64,000 bases of DNA from the NCBI GenBank assembly GCA_965219955.1, contig OZ244799.1, forward strand, positions 1,280,001 through 1,344,000, given 5' to 3'. The notes below the pieces were generated by a model that was given only the letters and a program-made list of their open reading frames with translations, did no database searches and was not told where the DNA came from. The number at the start of each line of letters is the position of its first letter. The stretch's first letter is position 1. A program made the position numbers and the translations under genes. This document shows, piece after piece, positions 10,791 through 21,058 of the stretch. Source of the DNA: a bacterium. GTDB lineage: Bacteria > UBA8248.

Positions 10791-12485
10791 TCATTTTTCT
10801 GCTCCGGGGCGTGCCCCCCGGATGGTGCGGCTCAAATAAACGACGGGCAACAATCCTGCCGCAACGATGCTCAAAGAACCAAGCGCACTTTCTTCCAGAA
10901 GTTCATCCGAGGCCAGTTGGTGAACATGTGTGGCCAGAGTTTCAAAATTAAACGGACGCAATATGATTGTCATGGGAAGTTCTTTCATCGTATCCACAAA
11001 CACCAGTATCGCTGCCGCCAGGATGCCGCCACGAATCATAGGCAAATGAATACGCTTGAGGGTTCTGCCAGGCCCCAGCCCCAGTGTTCGAGCAGCCCCA
11101 TCCATGTTCGGCGTAATTCTCAGCAGGCTGGCTTCCATCGTGCCATAGGAAAGCGCCAGGAACCGGGACAGATATCCATAGGTGACAGCCGCGATTGTGC
11201 CGCTGAAGAACAGACTTGTGGAGATGCCAAAAACATTATTGAGAAACCCCTGGATGAAGACATCCATCTTGCCCATGGGAATCAGTACACCGACGGCGAG
11301 AACCGCACCGGGTACGGCGTATCCGATACTGGCAAACCTGGCGGTCGATTTGAGCAATTTGTTTTCTTTCAGGCGTACGCCATACGCCAGAAAAATGCCT
11401 GCCAACACGGATAGGGTGGCGCTAAGGGATGACAAAACCAGACTATTTGAAAGATTGGAATAAAAATTATGTGAAATGCTTTCCTCGTAAAAGCCCCAAG
11501 CGTAGTAACCCAAAATACAAGATGGCAGAATGAATCCGAATCCAATGGGCAACAGACACGAGATCGTTGCGCCCAACAACCTTGCGCCCCGTAATTGATA
11601 ACTCGGAAGGGCTTGATATCTGGTGGAAGTATTAAAATACCTCTGGTTGGTGCGCGATTTTCTCTCCGCCCACAAAAGAAGCAGGACAAAACAAAGAGCG
11701 ACAACGGCAAGCTGGGCAGCGCCTGACAAATTGTTCATATTGAGCCACACGTCAAAGATTCCAGCCGTGAGCGTTTCCACAGCAAAGAAATCAACCGTTC
11801 CAAAATCATTGAGCGCTTCCATCAGAACCAGACTCACACCGATGATGAGCGATGGACGTGCCGAGGGCAGGGCGATGGAAAGAAAACTCTGCCACGCGGT
11901 TTTGCCCAGAGTTCTGCTCACCTCCAGAATGCAAACTGATTGCTGCACAAATGCGACTCGCGCAAGCAGGTAAACATACGGATAAAGAGTAAGCGTCATA
12001 ACGAAAATTGCGCCGCCGAGAGAACGTATCTCCGGAAACCAGTACTCTCGACTTGATTCCCATCCAAAGATATCGCGCAATAACGTCTGCACTGGACCTG
12101 CAAATTCAAAAACGTCGGTATACACATAGGCTACGACATACGTAGGCATCGCCAGGGGTAAGAGCAGCGCCCATTCAAAAATCCGTCGTCCTGGGAATCG
12201 GCATAGAGTTACCAGCCACGCGGTGCATGTACCGATGACTAACGTGCCCACGCCTACTCCCAGCATCAGGCCGATAGTCGTTAGTACATAGCGTGACAAT
12301 ACGGTGGTGATCAGGTGATGCCATATATCACCACTTGGCTGAAGGGCGAAAAAACTGACTGACAGGAGAGGAATCGCTATAAAAAATGCGAGCAGAAGGG
12401 CTCCGCTCGTCCAAAAGTCCACTTGAAGCCATTTAGACGTCAGCCTCGGGGAGGCTTCTATGTGGAATCCGGCACCTGCGCTCAT
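10791..12485 (-). CDS. Fe(III) ABC transporter permease (FbpB/FutB-like)
   Basis: Duplicated permease with LLPLAMPTYV, LYPYVYLLAR, FVDTMKELP. Confidence 0.92.
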   Translation of the reverse strand: MSAGAGFHIEASPRLTSKWLQVDFWTSGALLLAFFIAIPLLSVSFFALQPSGDIWHHLITTVLSRYVLTTIGLMLGVGVGTLVIGTCTAWLVTLCRFPGRRIFEWALLLPLAMPTYVVAYVYTDVFEFAGPVQTLLRDIFGWESSREYWFPEIRSLGGAIFVMTLTLYPYVYLLARVAFVQQSVCILEVSRTLGKTAWQSFLSIALPSARPSLIIGVSLVLMEALNDFGTVDFFAVETLTAGIFDVWLNMNNLSGAAQLAVVALCFVLLLLWAERKSRTNQRYFNTSTRYQALPSYQLRGARLLGATISCLLPIGFGFILPSCILGYYAWGFYEESISHNFYSNLSNSLVLSSLSATLSVLAGIFLAYGVRLKENKLLKSTARFASIGYAVPGAVLAVGVLIPMGKMDVFIQGFLNNVFGISTSLFFSGTIAAVTYGYLSRFLALSYGTMEASLLRITPNMDGAARTLGLGPGRTLKRIHLPMIRGGILAAAILVFVDTMKELPMTIILRPFNFETLATHVHQLASDELLEESALGSLSIVAAGLLPVVYLSRTIRGARPGAEK

Positions 12486-12529
12486 GCCATACCAAATGCA
12501 AAAGTTACAATCTTTTTCAAAACACCAAG

Positions 12530-12576
12530 ACCCCAAAAGCCAATATCCAGAATGAGAATATTAAGGCTTTTGGGGT
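12530..12576. terminator. Intercistronic stem-loop after the binding-protein gene (attenuator or mRNA-stabilising hairpin)
   Basis: ACCCCAAAAGCC...GGCTTTTGGGGT 12-bp inverted repeat. Confidence 0.5.
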
Positions 12577-12590
12577 TTTGATACTAGCTT

Positions 12591-13661
12591 CTAATTGCTG
12601 GGGCTGAAGTTATTGTAATCTACTTGGTCTACCAACTTGGAAGCGGTTGCACGCTGATTCGCCACTTCGGCCAGATTGATGGTATCGGCTTTGAATTTTC
12701 CCCAAGACGCGACCAGCGGATGGATTGTCACGCCCGTTTTCAATGGGTATTCATAATTCTGGTCGGCGTACAATTTTTGAGCGTATTCCCCACTCAAGAA
12801 CTCGATGAGGCGGACAGCGTTTTTCCGGTTTTTCGCATGCTTTGTGACGGCGCCGCCGCTGATGTTGACGTGCGTGCCCCTGTCCTTTTGATTCGGGAAA
12901 ACGATGTATACCGCTTTCGCCCATTCTCTTTGAACTTTCTTTTTCTTGTTGGTTGCCATTTTCGCCATGTAATAGGTATTGGCCAAAGCGAGATCGCATT
13001 CTCCTGCGTGAATGGCTTTCGCTTGCGCACGGTCGTTGCCACCGGGCTTACGGGCGAGGTTGGACTTGAGACCCATCAACCATTTCTTGGCTTTCGCTTC
13101 GCCCGAATGCGCCACTATGGAAGCGAACAGAGATACGTTGTAAACGTGTTTTCCCGAACGCGTACAAATTTTGCCCTTCCATTTCGGGTCGGCCAAATCC
13201 TCATAGCGGGTAATTGCACCCGGCTTTACGCGCTTTTTGCTGGCGTATATGACGCGCCCGCGAGTCGTAAGGCCAAACCAGTGCCCCTTGGGATGGCGAT
13301 AGGAGGAGGGGATATTCTGCTCTAATATTTTCGACTGTACCGGCTGCAACAATCCGGCTTCATCCATGTCGTGGAGGCGGCCAATATCCACGGTCAATAC
13401 CGCATCTGCCGCCCCCGGGGTCGCCTTGATTTTCTCCAGCATGCCTTTTTTGGCAAAAACGATATTGGTCTTGATGCCTGTTTTTTCAGTAAAGGCCTTC
13501 AAGATCGGCTTAATGAGAAAAGGCTGTCGGTAAGAATAGAGATTTACAACCTCTTCGGCGCTGGCCGTAGTCTTGTCCATGGCAAACATGGCCAGAATGA
13601 GAAACATGGAAATTCCAAGGAATCGCTTTGTGCATTTTGCTCCATTGAGTGCAGCAAACAT
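12591..13661 (-). CDS. Fe(III) ABC transporter substrate-binding protein (FutA/FbpA-like)
   Basis: Signal peptide, VNLYSYR, HVYN, GNDRAQ, ANTYY tyrosine ligands, GTHVNISG. Confidence 0.93.
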   Translation of the reverse strand: MFAALNGAKCTKRFLGISMFLILAMFAMDKTTASAEEVVNLYSYRQPFLIKPILKAFTEKTGIKTNIVFAKKGMLEKIKATPGAADAVLTVDIGRLHDMDEAGLLQPVQSKILEQNIPSSYRHPKGHWFGLTTRGRVIYASKKRVKPGAITRYEDLADPKWKGKICTRSGKHVYNVSLFASIVAHSGEAKAKKWLMGLKSNLARKPGGNDRAQAKAIHAGECDLALANTYYMAKMATNKKKKVQREWAKAVYIVFPNQKDRGTHVNISGGAVTKHAKNRKNAVRLIEFLSGEYAQKLYADQNYEYPLKTGVTIHPLVASWGKFKADTINLAEVANQRATASKLVDQVDYNNFSPSN

Positions 13662-13751
13662 AAATTTTATCTCCTGTTCAGAATATCGACCATTTGGCCG
13701 TGTTATTTGAGCTTGGCTTCAGGCAAGCCAGGGACAAAACTTGTAAACAAA

Positions 13752-14306
13752 TCAAACTCGTCGTTTTGATTGTTTTATTTTTTTAGACATATCGTCGAAG
13801 TCGATGACACTGATATCGCAATGATAAGAACATGTCGGGCAAGTATCGACGCTCTCGCATGAGCGACGAAATTGATGGAATTTCTCCAGGATTTCCTGAT
13901 TGCCCGGTTCCTCAAAAAAGCGCAGCAGATCAAGAAACCGATCGATGGAGTTGCCGCTCACGTAATGCTCCATAACGCAGGCGTCGACAAAGGCCTGCTC
14001 TTCTTCTACTCCCAAAACGTCTGTCAGGAAGTGCATCAAAATAGAGAATTTGCCCGACACGCCCTTGGCTCGTTTTGCGCCTTCTTCTGTCAAGAGAATG
14101 CTCTCGTAGACACGATGGGATACGAGTCCGTTAGAACGGAGTGTCTTAACCGCGGCTGAGACTGCCGGTTTCGCCACACCCAGCATAGAGGCGATATCTG
14201 TCACGCGCGCGTAACCTTTACTCTCCTGAAGATCGAATATGGCGCGCAGATAATGTTCCAGGCTGGGCGAAAGGGAACCGCGCGAGTGGTGTGGCTGTGG
14301 AGTCAT
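13752..14306 (-). CDS. DtxR/MntR family metal-dependent transcriptional regulator
   Basis: SLEHYLRAI, ARVTDIA..LGV.KP.VS HTH, DACVMEHYVS dimerisation motif; Cys-rich C-terminus. Confidence 0.9.
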   Translation of the reverse strand: MTPQPHHSRGSLSPSLEHYLRAIFDLQESKGYARVTDIASMLGVAKPAVSAAVKTLRSNGLVSHRVYESILLTEEGAKRAKGVSGKFSILMHFLTDVLGVEEEQAFVDACVMEHYVSGNSIDRFLDLLRFFEEPGNQEILEKFHQFRRSCESVDTCPTCSYHCDISVIDFDDMSKKIKQSKRRV

Positions 14307-14339
14307 AGTGTAAACCCCTTTTGAAATGAAATAGACACA

Positions 14340-14381
14340 ACTGTTAAATAAAACCCAATAGTATTAAATTCATTTAACAGT
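14340..14381. promoter_or_regulatory. Candidate operator upstream of the DtxR-Fe ABC operon
   Basis: Perfect 10-bp inverted repeat ACTGTTAAAT-N22-ATTTAACAGT; minus-strand TTGACA at 14407-14402. Confidence 0.45.
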
Positions 14382-14661
14382 GTTTCTCATGCCTTTCTAT
14401 TTGTCAAGAGGGGAAACGGGAAATTTTTCGGAACATACTCAGGCAGAACAACCAGAGGGCAAATGAGGACGAAGAATCTACCTTAACATAATGATATAAC
14501 TTTCTGTTTCAATTGTTTCTATTGAACTCATTCAGAAAAATGAAAACCAACCCTCGGCTTTGCGGTTTTTTATCTTGGAAGGAAAAGTTGCTCGTAAGCA
14601 ATTGCCGAATCGTCCAAATGACAATTGGAGAGAAGCTATGTATTCAACAATAGCATCGTGC

Positions 14662-15597
14662 TTATTGCAAAAAAGGTTGAATGGCGCCCCTGACACCCGC
14701 CCATTCTCCCAATTCGCCCCAAATAACTTTTGATGACTTGCTCGCCTGCTTGAAAGAATTCTCCTCCCAGGCCTTTCGGGCAGCAGGCAGGAAATATTCC
14801 TTCGCGTTTACCAGCCCTCCCACAAGAACGATACATTCCGGATTCAGCAAATTCATGATGTTGGCGATTCCAACCCCCAGCGCATAACCGCTGTTTTCCC
14901 ATATGGCTCTTGCTTCGTCGTCTCCAGAAGCAGCGAGTTCTGATAAGGAAATTGGTGATATTTTATCGAGCGCCGCGACAGCGGAATCCGGATGCAGCTC
15001 TGCATGCTGCCTAGCGTCTCTTTCGAGGGCCCAACTCGAAAAATATGCTTCCAGGCACCCGCGAGAACCGCAAGTGCACGACTTGCCGTTTTTTTCAATG
15101 ATCATATGACCGATTTCCCCCGCCATTCCAGATGCGCCTCGCCAAATCACTCCATTTTGAACAAATCCTCCACCGACGCCCGTGCCCAGCGTGAGAATGA
15201 ACATGCTTTCGTATCCTTCGCCCGCGCCGGCGAAATATTCCCCCAGGGCGGCGGCATTCGCATCGTTCATCATTTGAAGCGGAATAGGGGAGAAGGCATC
15301 TTCCAACATCCCGAGAATGGGAACTCCAGAAAGGACGGGCAGGTTGGGTGAGTCAGTTATCTTTCCTGCATCCAGAGCCAGAACGCCTGCAACGGCGACC
15401 CCGATACCCTTGAGACATTTATCCGAAGAGAGGAATCTTGCCGCATCCTTGAACAAATCGAGGTAATCGTTCGACTTCCGGCACCCTTGCACATCCAGGG
15501 AGTGGCGCTCTTGCAATTCTCCATCGAGGCTGAAAGACGATGCTTTGAGAAAAGAGCCCCCTAGATCAAAACCAACGTAGACTTCACTGCCGGGCAA
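14662..15597 (-). CDS. ROK family sugar kinase (glucokinase-like)
   Basis: DLGGS, NDANAAALGE, LGTGVGGG, GEIGH, CTCGSRGCLE. Confidence 0.92.
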   Translation of the reverse strand: MPGSEVYVGFDLGGSFLKASSFSLDGELQERHSLDVQGCRKSNDYLDLFKDAARFLSSDKCLKGIGVAVAGVLALDAGKITDSPNLPVLSGVPILGMLEDAFSPIPLQMMNDANAAALGEYFAGAGEGYESMFILTLGTGVGGGFVQNGVIWRGASGMAGEIGHMIIEKNGKSCTCGSRGCLEAYFSSWALERDARQHAELHPDSAVAALDKISPISLSELAASGDDEARAIWENSGYALGVGIANIMNLLNPECIVLVGGLVNAKEYFLPAARKAWEENSFKQASKSSKVIWGELGEWAGVRGAIQPFLQ

Positions 15598-15689
15598 TTG
15601 TCAAAACCTCAGTTCAGTCGAATCGTTCCCTGTGTATTTTCTTTGAAGGGATGCTCTGCAAAATGAATGAAGACCTCATCAGTTCATCA

Positions 15690-16466
15690 TCATTCGTAGA
15701 TCCAGGCAGTGGGGTCGGCTGCTTTGGCGAAACGGTCATATTGCTCAGCAACTGAAACCCTGGAAGCCTGACCTTCGAACTCGACTTTTGCGAAATAGCT
15801 CTCAGCATCAGAAAGCGTATCGTCTGTATCTATCATCAACGCGATGCCACCGACTTTTGGTGCCTCAGTACCAAACACCCTTCGATAATCTTCCAATACA
15901 TTGCGTCTTTCGGTTATCCATTTACCGAGATCATCAACACCACTTCTGATGACAATGTAATGGACCATCGGGTTCTTACGGCTTCTTAAAATCGTACCCT
16001 CAGGCACGCTAGTCTCCCAGATGTAGCCAATAAACCGGCTGTTGATGAAACTGGGGAAGCGGGGAAAGACGACATAAACGCCGGCCGCCTGGTCATCGGA
16101 CTCAAGTTTTCTCGCATCGGCACCTTCTGGAAGTTTCGTCACTTTCCATTTCCATGAAAGCACCGGAAATTTCTCGAGGTCGAGTTTCACTTCCCGGTAA
16201 ATGGAAACGGACGCCTTTTTGCTTCTCAAGCGAAGCACATTCGCATGCCTGTTTTCATCCTGGATGAGTCGAATATCCGCTCTTCCGTGCCACACCTTAA
16301 GCGCCCACCCTTTTGGCAACTGCATGGAACTTTTCTGAGCCGGTCTCAAGGCAAAGTCCGACACAACCACCTTTTCACTCTGGGCGAAAGCAGGGGCAGG
16401 CAAATTGGTGGCCACAAATATCGCCAAGACGGCGAAAATGGCCGGGGGGATATACTTCATGAGCAT
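15690..16466 (-). CDS. Exported DUF3047-like protein
   Basis: Signal peptide; P.LSWKWKV, DD.AA.VYV.F, YIW, W..ERRNV..DY, MIDTDDT. Confidence 0.75.
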   Translation of the reverse strand: MLMKYIPPAIFAVLAIFVATNLPAPAFAQSEKVVVSDFALRPAQKSSMQLPKGWALKVWHGRADIRLIQDENRHANVLRLRSKKASVSIYREVKLDLEKFPVLSWKWKVTKLPEGADARKLESDDQAAGVYVVFPRFPSFINSRFIGYIWETSVPEGTILRSRKNPMVHYIVIRSGVDDLGKWITERRNVLEDYRRVFGTEAPKVGGIALMIDTDDTLSDAESYFAKVEFEGQASRVSVAEQYDRFAKAADPTAWIYE

Positions 16467-16534
16467 GTCCTATGGAATTCTCAACGATTGGGCGAACCGT
16501 GAGATCACGGATAACCGCTGAGATTTAGGCGCTA

Positions 16535-17899
16535 TCAACAGTTCACCAATAGAATTACCAAGTCCATTACGTTCGTTCCGCTTGGTCCGGTGACTACACA
16601 TGCTCCTCGGCGGCGGAGGTAAACGTGACTATTATTATCGCGCAAATGGACATCTGGGTCAAGCCCTTGATTTTGCGCCGTTTTGGCTGTTCTTCCATCG
16701 ACAATCCCACCTGCGGCTTTTGTGGGGCCGTCTCTCCCGTCGGTGCCTGCGGCCAGAAGGCAGACGTTCTCGTGGCCGCGAATTTCAATGGCGAAAGACA
16801 GAGCGAGTTCCTGGCACCTGCCTCCCACACCATTTCCCAGGACTCTTACTGTTGTTTCGCCGCCATATAGAAGGCATTGAGGCGAGAGTTTGTTGCGAGA
16901 ATTACCTGAAATCCTTTTGGCGTTTTCCGCGATTGATTTGCCTGCCTCCCTGGCTTCTCCGCTCAAGGAATTGGTTTGCACCTTCACACTGTAGCCCATT
17001 GATTTCGCCTTTTCGAATGCGGCCTCAAGGGCGATTTTGTTGTTCGCCACAACATGGTGTCTAACACGCCTGAATATCTTGTCTCCAGGAGCAGGGGTAT
17101 CCGGAATCTCACCCCTGCAACCGGCTTCAATCCTGTTTTTTATCGCTTCAGGCATATCGCGGAACACACCGTAGCGTTGCAAGTACGCTTTTGCCTGAAA
17201 GAAAGTGGTCGAATCACCGGTCGCAGGGCCTGATCCAATCACATCGAGGGGGTCGCCAATCACGTCCGAAACGAGAAGAGCGATCATACGGGCAGGGAAA
17301 ACCTTCCGGGCCAGATTCCCGCCTTTCAGGTCCGACAAGTGCTTTCGCACACAATTGAGAGCTTCAATTGGGGCGCCTGCTCGCAAGAGCGAATTCGTGG
17401 CGGATTGCTTATCCTCGAGAGAAATTCCAGGCGCGGGTGCGGGCATCAGAGCCGAGCCTCCGCCGGAGAGCAGGAATATCACCAAATCCTTTTTTCGGGC
17501 GCTTCGAGCCAATTTTTCTATTTTCCGGGAGGCTTCCAGTCCTGAGATATCGGGAACCGGGTGGGCCGCTTCGAGAATCTCGATATGCTTGCATCTTTCC
17601 GCATAGCCGTATTGGGTGACGACCGCGCCTCCATCAATGCGATTTCCGAGACGTCGCTCAACCGCACGCGCCATCTGAGAACTCGCTTTTCCCGCGCCTA
17701 CAACCAGGATTCTCTCCGTTTCCCTGAGAGGTATTCTTTGTTCGCCACAAACGAGAAACTCCTGACCTTGCTCCTTTTCGATTCTCATATAACGATAAAC
17801 AGCCTCACCTGCATGAACGGCATTCAGCCCGGCCCGGAAGATGGCTCGCGCTTCTCTTTTGAGGGATCTCCGGCGTTTTGATTGCATATCGCGAGTCAT
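16535..17899 (-). CDS. Glycerate 2-kinase (MOFRL/TtuD family)
   Basis: GAGKAS, A.HPVPD, LSGGGSAL, GGETTV, GTDGRDG, GTNVMD. Confidence 0.93.
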   Translation of the reverse strand: MTRDMQSKRRRSLKREARAIFRAGLNAVHAGEAVYRYMRIEKEQGQEFLVCGEQRIPLRETERILVVGAGKASSQMARAVERRLGNRIDGGAVVTQYGYAERCKHIEILEAAHPVPDISGLEASRKIEKLARSARKKDLVIFLLSGGGSALMPAPAPGISLEDKQSATNSLLRAGAPIEALNCVRKHLSDLKGGNLARKVFPARMIALLVSDVIGDPLDVIGSGPATGDSTTFFQAKAYLQRYGVFRDMPEAIKNRIEAGCRGEIPDTPAPGDKIFRRVRHHVVANNKIALEAAFEKAKSMGYSVKVQTNSLSGEAREAGKSIAENAKRISGNSRNKLSPQCLLYGGETTVRVLGNGVGGRCQELALSFAIEIRGHENVCLLAAGTDGRDGPTKAAGGIVDGRTAKTAQNQGLDPDVHLRDNNSHVYLRRRGACVVTGPSGTNVMDLVILLVNC

Positions 17900-18017
17900 C
17901 TCATCGAGCAGAGAAATGGAACACGGGTGATGCTTCGCCCTTTGCGTTGATTCGATGTAATCTTGATTTTACATGAATCCAGAATTTCTTTCTTGGCATA
18001 AAGGTAAAGGAGAAGAG

Positions 18018-19022
18018 GTGGCTAGTGTCGGAATCATAGCCAACCCGCAATCAGGTAAAGACATCCGAAGGCTGGTGGCGTTGGCAAGTTCATTCAGCAA
18101 CAACGAGAAGGTTTTGATGCTTCGCCGCGTGATGGCGGGTCTTGCTGCAATGGGTCTGGACAATATCCTGATGTTCAATGATCTCGGCTCCCTGGGCGCT
18201 GTCGCAGTGGATGGCTTTCGTCATGAGAATAAAAACTCGAAAGTAAAGCTCTTTGAAGTGGATGCCAGAGGAGAGACGGCCGATTCCACCAAAGCGGCTC
18301 TCAAACTCCATGAGCTGGGCGTCCGGTGTATTATTGTGCTCGGAGGCGATGGCACCTGCCGTGCTGTCGCCAAAGGATGCAGCAAAATACCCCTGGTCCC
18401 CTTATCGACTGGAACGAACAATGCCTTTCCCTTTCCGTGGGAGGGGACTGTGGCAGGTATGGCCGCGGCTTTATATGCCTTTCATCCAAGAATCTATGGA
18501 AGCGAGAAGAAGGTGACGAAACAGCTCCATGTGAACCTTGACGGCGATTCCGAAAGCGCCTTGATTGATATCGCTATCATCAAGGAATCGTTCTACGGGG
18601 CGCGTGCAGTCTGGGATATAGGACGCGTGGATTCGCTGGCGCTGACGAGAAGCGAGCCCGGGCGTTTGGGGCTTTCTTCATTAGGTGCGAGTTTGCGCCC
18701 GATTGATGCAAACGAAGCCGTGGGCCTGTGGTTGAAGTTGGGAACGAACAGGAAAAGCGGACGTCTCATCCTTTCTCCTATCGGACCCGGGCAGATTGCT
18801 TCCGCCCCGGTGATGGAACACGAGGTCGTCAAATCAGGGGAAACGGTAAAATATCGAGCACCGGATACTCGCGTGCTGGCTTTTGACGGGGAGCGGGAAT
18901 GCTTGCTCAACAAAGGAGAAGAAATAGAAATATCGCTGCGACTAGATGGGCCGTATGTACTGAATGTTCCCGAGATTTTGAGGAAAGCGGCTGTCCGCGG
19001 CGATCTGAAGTCGAAGAATTGA
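18018..19022 (+). CDS. ATP-NAD kinase/AcoX family protein
   Basis: GIIANP.SGKDIRRLVA, LGGDGT, STGTNN, FDGERE; GTG start after AAGGAG. Confidence 0.82.
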   Translation: MASVGIIANPQSGKDIRRLVALASSFSNNEKVLMLRRVMAGLAAMGLDNILMFNDLGSLGAVAVDGFRHENKNSKVKLFEVDARGETADSTKAALKLHELGVRCIIVLGGDGTCRAVAKGCSKIPLVPLSTGTNNAFPFPWEGTVAGMAAALYAFHPRIYGSEKKVTKQLHVNLDGDSESALIDIAIIKESFYGARAVWDIGRVDSLALTRSEPGRLGLSSLGASLRPIDANEAVGLWLKLGTNRKSGRLILSPIGPGQIASAPVMEHEVVKSGETVKYRAPDTRVLAFDGERECLLNKGEEIEISLRLDGPYVLNVPEILRKAAVRGDLKSKN

Positions 19023-19076
19023 CGGTCGCGAAGGCCCCGTCATCCCCGGAAGCGGAAGAAAAGTATTTGCATATAG

Positions 19077-19105
19077 TTGACAAAAAGTGGCCAAGTGATT
19101 ATTTT
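19077..19105 (+). promoter_or_regulatory. Candidate sigma70 promoter for the ABC operon
   Basis: TTGACA-N17-TATTTT. Confidence 0.35.
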
Positions 19106-19304
19106 AGGCTAGCACTCGGGATGGTCGAGTGCCAACATGTTGATAAATAAAGAATTTTGGGGGCAACCTTTTTCATCTCAGACACTTTCGGGATGTTTTT
19201 AATCACAAAAACGAATTGCTCAACTTGATATCCGGGAAGAGAAGAACGGCTTGGACGCAACACTGACGAATGATTTGGCATAGTTTCTATTAGGGAGTTC
19301 TTCG

Positions 19305-20285
19305 TTGATACGAGTTGAAAACCTCACAAAATACTACGGCAAACTCCGGGGTGTGGAGGACATCTCCTTTCACGTCGAAGAAGGAGAGGTACTGGGGTTT
19401 CTCGGGCCCAACGGCGCCGGGAAATCCACGACCATGCGCATACTGACGGGTTACATGCCGCCAAACTCCGGTTCAGCCTGGGTGGCGAATGTCAACGTTT
19501 CAGAGTCACCATTGGAAGCCCAGAAAAATCTCGGGTACCTCCCGGAAAACAATCCGCTGTACGGAGATATGACCGTAAGAGCCTATCTGAATTTCGTAGC
19601 GTCAATGAAAGGCATGAGCGGTGCGGAGAAAGAGGCCGGCATCCAAAGGGTGGTCGGAAGTTGCGGACTCGAAGAAGTTGTCGACCGCTTAATCGGCAAT
19701 CTGTCAAAAGGGTACCGCCAGCGCGTCGGTTTGGCGCAGGCAATGGTGAACGACCCGCCTGTGTTGATACTCGATGAACCTACCTCAGGCCTTGACCCGG
19801 CTCAAATCGTAGAAATCCGGAACTTGATTTCAGAGCTCAAGGGCAACCGCACGCTAATTTTAAGCACGCATATTCTTCCTGAAGTGAACATGGTCTGCGA
19901 TCGGGTTGTCATTATCCACCAAGGCCATATCGCGGCCGAGGGAGCGCTCGATTCGCTGGCGGCGAATATGCAAGCCGACTCAACGATACGCATTTCGGCA
20001 ATCGGGGTCTCCGGCGCGCTATCCGATAAAATGAAAACAGTATCGGGGGTCGAGCGCGTAGAACTGCTCGGCACATCAACGGGGGAGGAAGCGCATTTCG
20101 CGGTGCATGCAAAAGGCGGTGATGACATTCGCTCTGATCTGGTAGCCGCAGTCTTCGCGGCGGAGGGAAAGCTCACCGAAATCCGCCAGGTAAGGCTGAC
20201 GCTGGAAGACCTGTTCGTTCGTATCGTCAGCGGAGAACACAAGCACGACGAGGAAACTGTTGATGAGGAAACCGTAAATGCATAA
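19305..20285 (+). CDS. ABC transporter ATP-binding protein (GldA-like)
   Basis: GPNGAGKS, LSKGYRQRVG, LDEPTSGLDP. Confidence 0.92.
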   Translation: MIRVENLTKYYGKLRGVEDISFHVEEGEVLGFLGPNGAGKSTTMRILTGYMPPNSGSAWVANVNVSESPLEAQKNLGYLPENNPLYGDMTVRAYLNFVASMKGMSGAEKEAGIQRVVGSCGLEEVVDRLIGNLSKGYRQRVGLAQAMVNDPPVLILDEPTSGLDPAQIVEIRNLISELKGNRTLILSTHILPEVNMVCDRVVIIHQGHIAAEGALDSLAANMQADSTIRISAIGVSGALSDKMKTVSGVERVELLGTSTGEEAHFAVHAKGGDDIRSDLVAAVFAAEGKLTEIRQVRLTLEDLFVRIVSGEHKHDEETVDEETVNA

Positions 20286-21054
20286 CACCTTCTGGATATA
20301 CCGACGCGAGCTCACCTCGTTTTTCTTCTCGCCCATCGCTTACGTGATCCTCGCCGCATGGACGGTATTGATGGGTATCTTCTACTCCGGTGCTTTCCTC
20401 TCCTATGCCGTCGTATCCATGCAGCTGGCCAGAAATCCCCAGGCCGCCGCGCAATACAACATCACGCCGACTTCCGCTGTCCTCGAGCCGGTCTTCTCCA
20501 GCGTCACCGTAATCCTCTTGTTCGTCGCGCCATTGCTTACAATGCGCCTGTTCAGCGAGGAGAAGAAACAGGGCACCATAGAATTGATGCTCACTTTCCC
20601 CCTGCGAAACGGACAAATGTTCGCCGGGAAATATCTCTCCGTTTTATCGATCTATCTGATAATGCTGGCAATTACTTTCGTTTATCCGGTTATACTGAGC
20701 GCTTTCGTCAATGTAGATTGGACTATCGTCTCTTCAGCCTACCTTGGCATGATTCTGACGGGCATGGCGTTCCTTTCCGTCGGTCTAATGGCCAGTTCGT
20801 GGACTTCGAATCAAATCGTCGCAGCCATGGTTGCCTTCATGATACTTCTCGCAACCTTTCTGATGGAAGCTCTCGCAATATCGGCCAGTGAGCCGTTATC
20901 CTCGATTCTCAGGCATCTTTCACTGGGAATGCACTTGCGGAATTTCATTCGGGGCATCATTGATACGCGCGATATAGTTTATCTCGTCAGCATCAATATT
21001 TTGTGTGGCTTCCTGGTGCTCAGATCTCTTGAATACTACAGGTGGAGAGGGTAG
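20278..21054 (+). CDS. ABC-2 permease (GldF-like)
   Basis: RRELTSFFFSPIAY, PLLTMRLFSEEKKQGTIE. Confidence 0.9.
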   Translation: MHNTFWIYRRELTSFFFSPIAYVILAAWTVLMGIFYSGAFLSYAVVSMQLARNPQAAAQYNITPTSAVLEPVFSSVTVILLFVAPLLTMRLFSEEKKQGTIELMLTFPLRNGQMFAGKYLSVLSIYLIMLAITFVYPVILSAFVNVDWTIVSSAYLGMILTGMAFLSVGLMASSWTSNQIVAAMVAFMILLATFLMEALAISASEPLSSILRHLSLGMHLRNFIRGIIDTRDIVYLVSINILCGFLVLRSLEYYRWRG

Positions 21055-21058
21055 GAAC

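Noticed and set aside
14481-14508. Third dif-like site (CCTTAACATAA-TGATAT-AACTTTCTGTT)
   Set aside because: Only the XerD-like half matches. The other arm lacks the TTAT core, and KOPS polarity does not change here.
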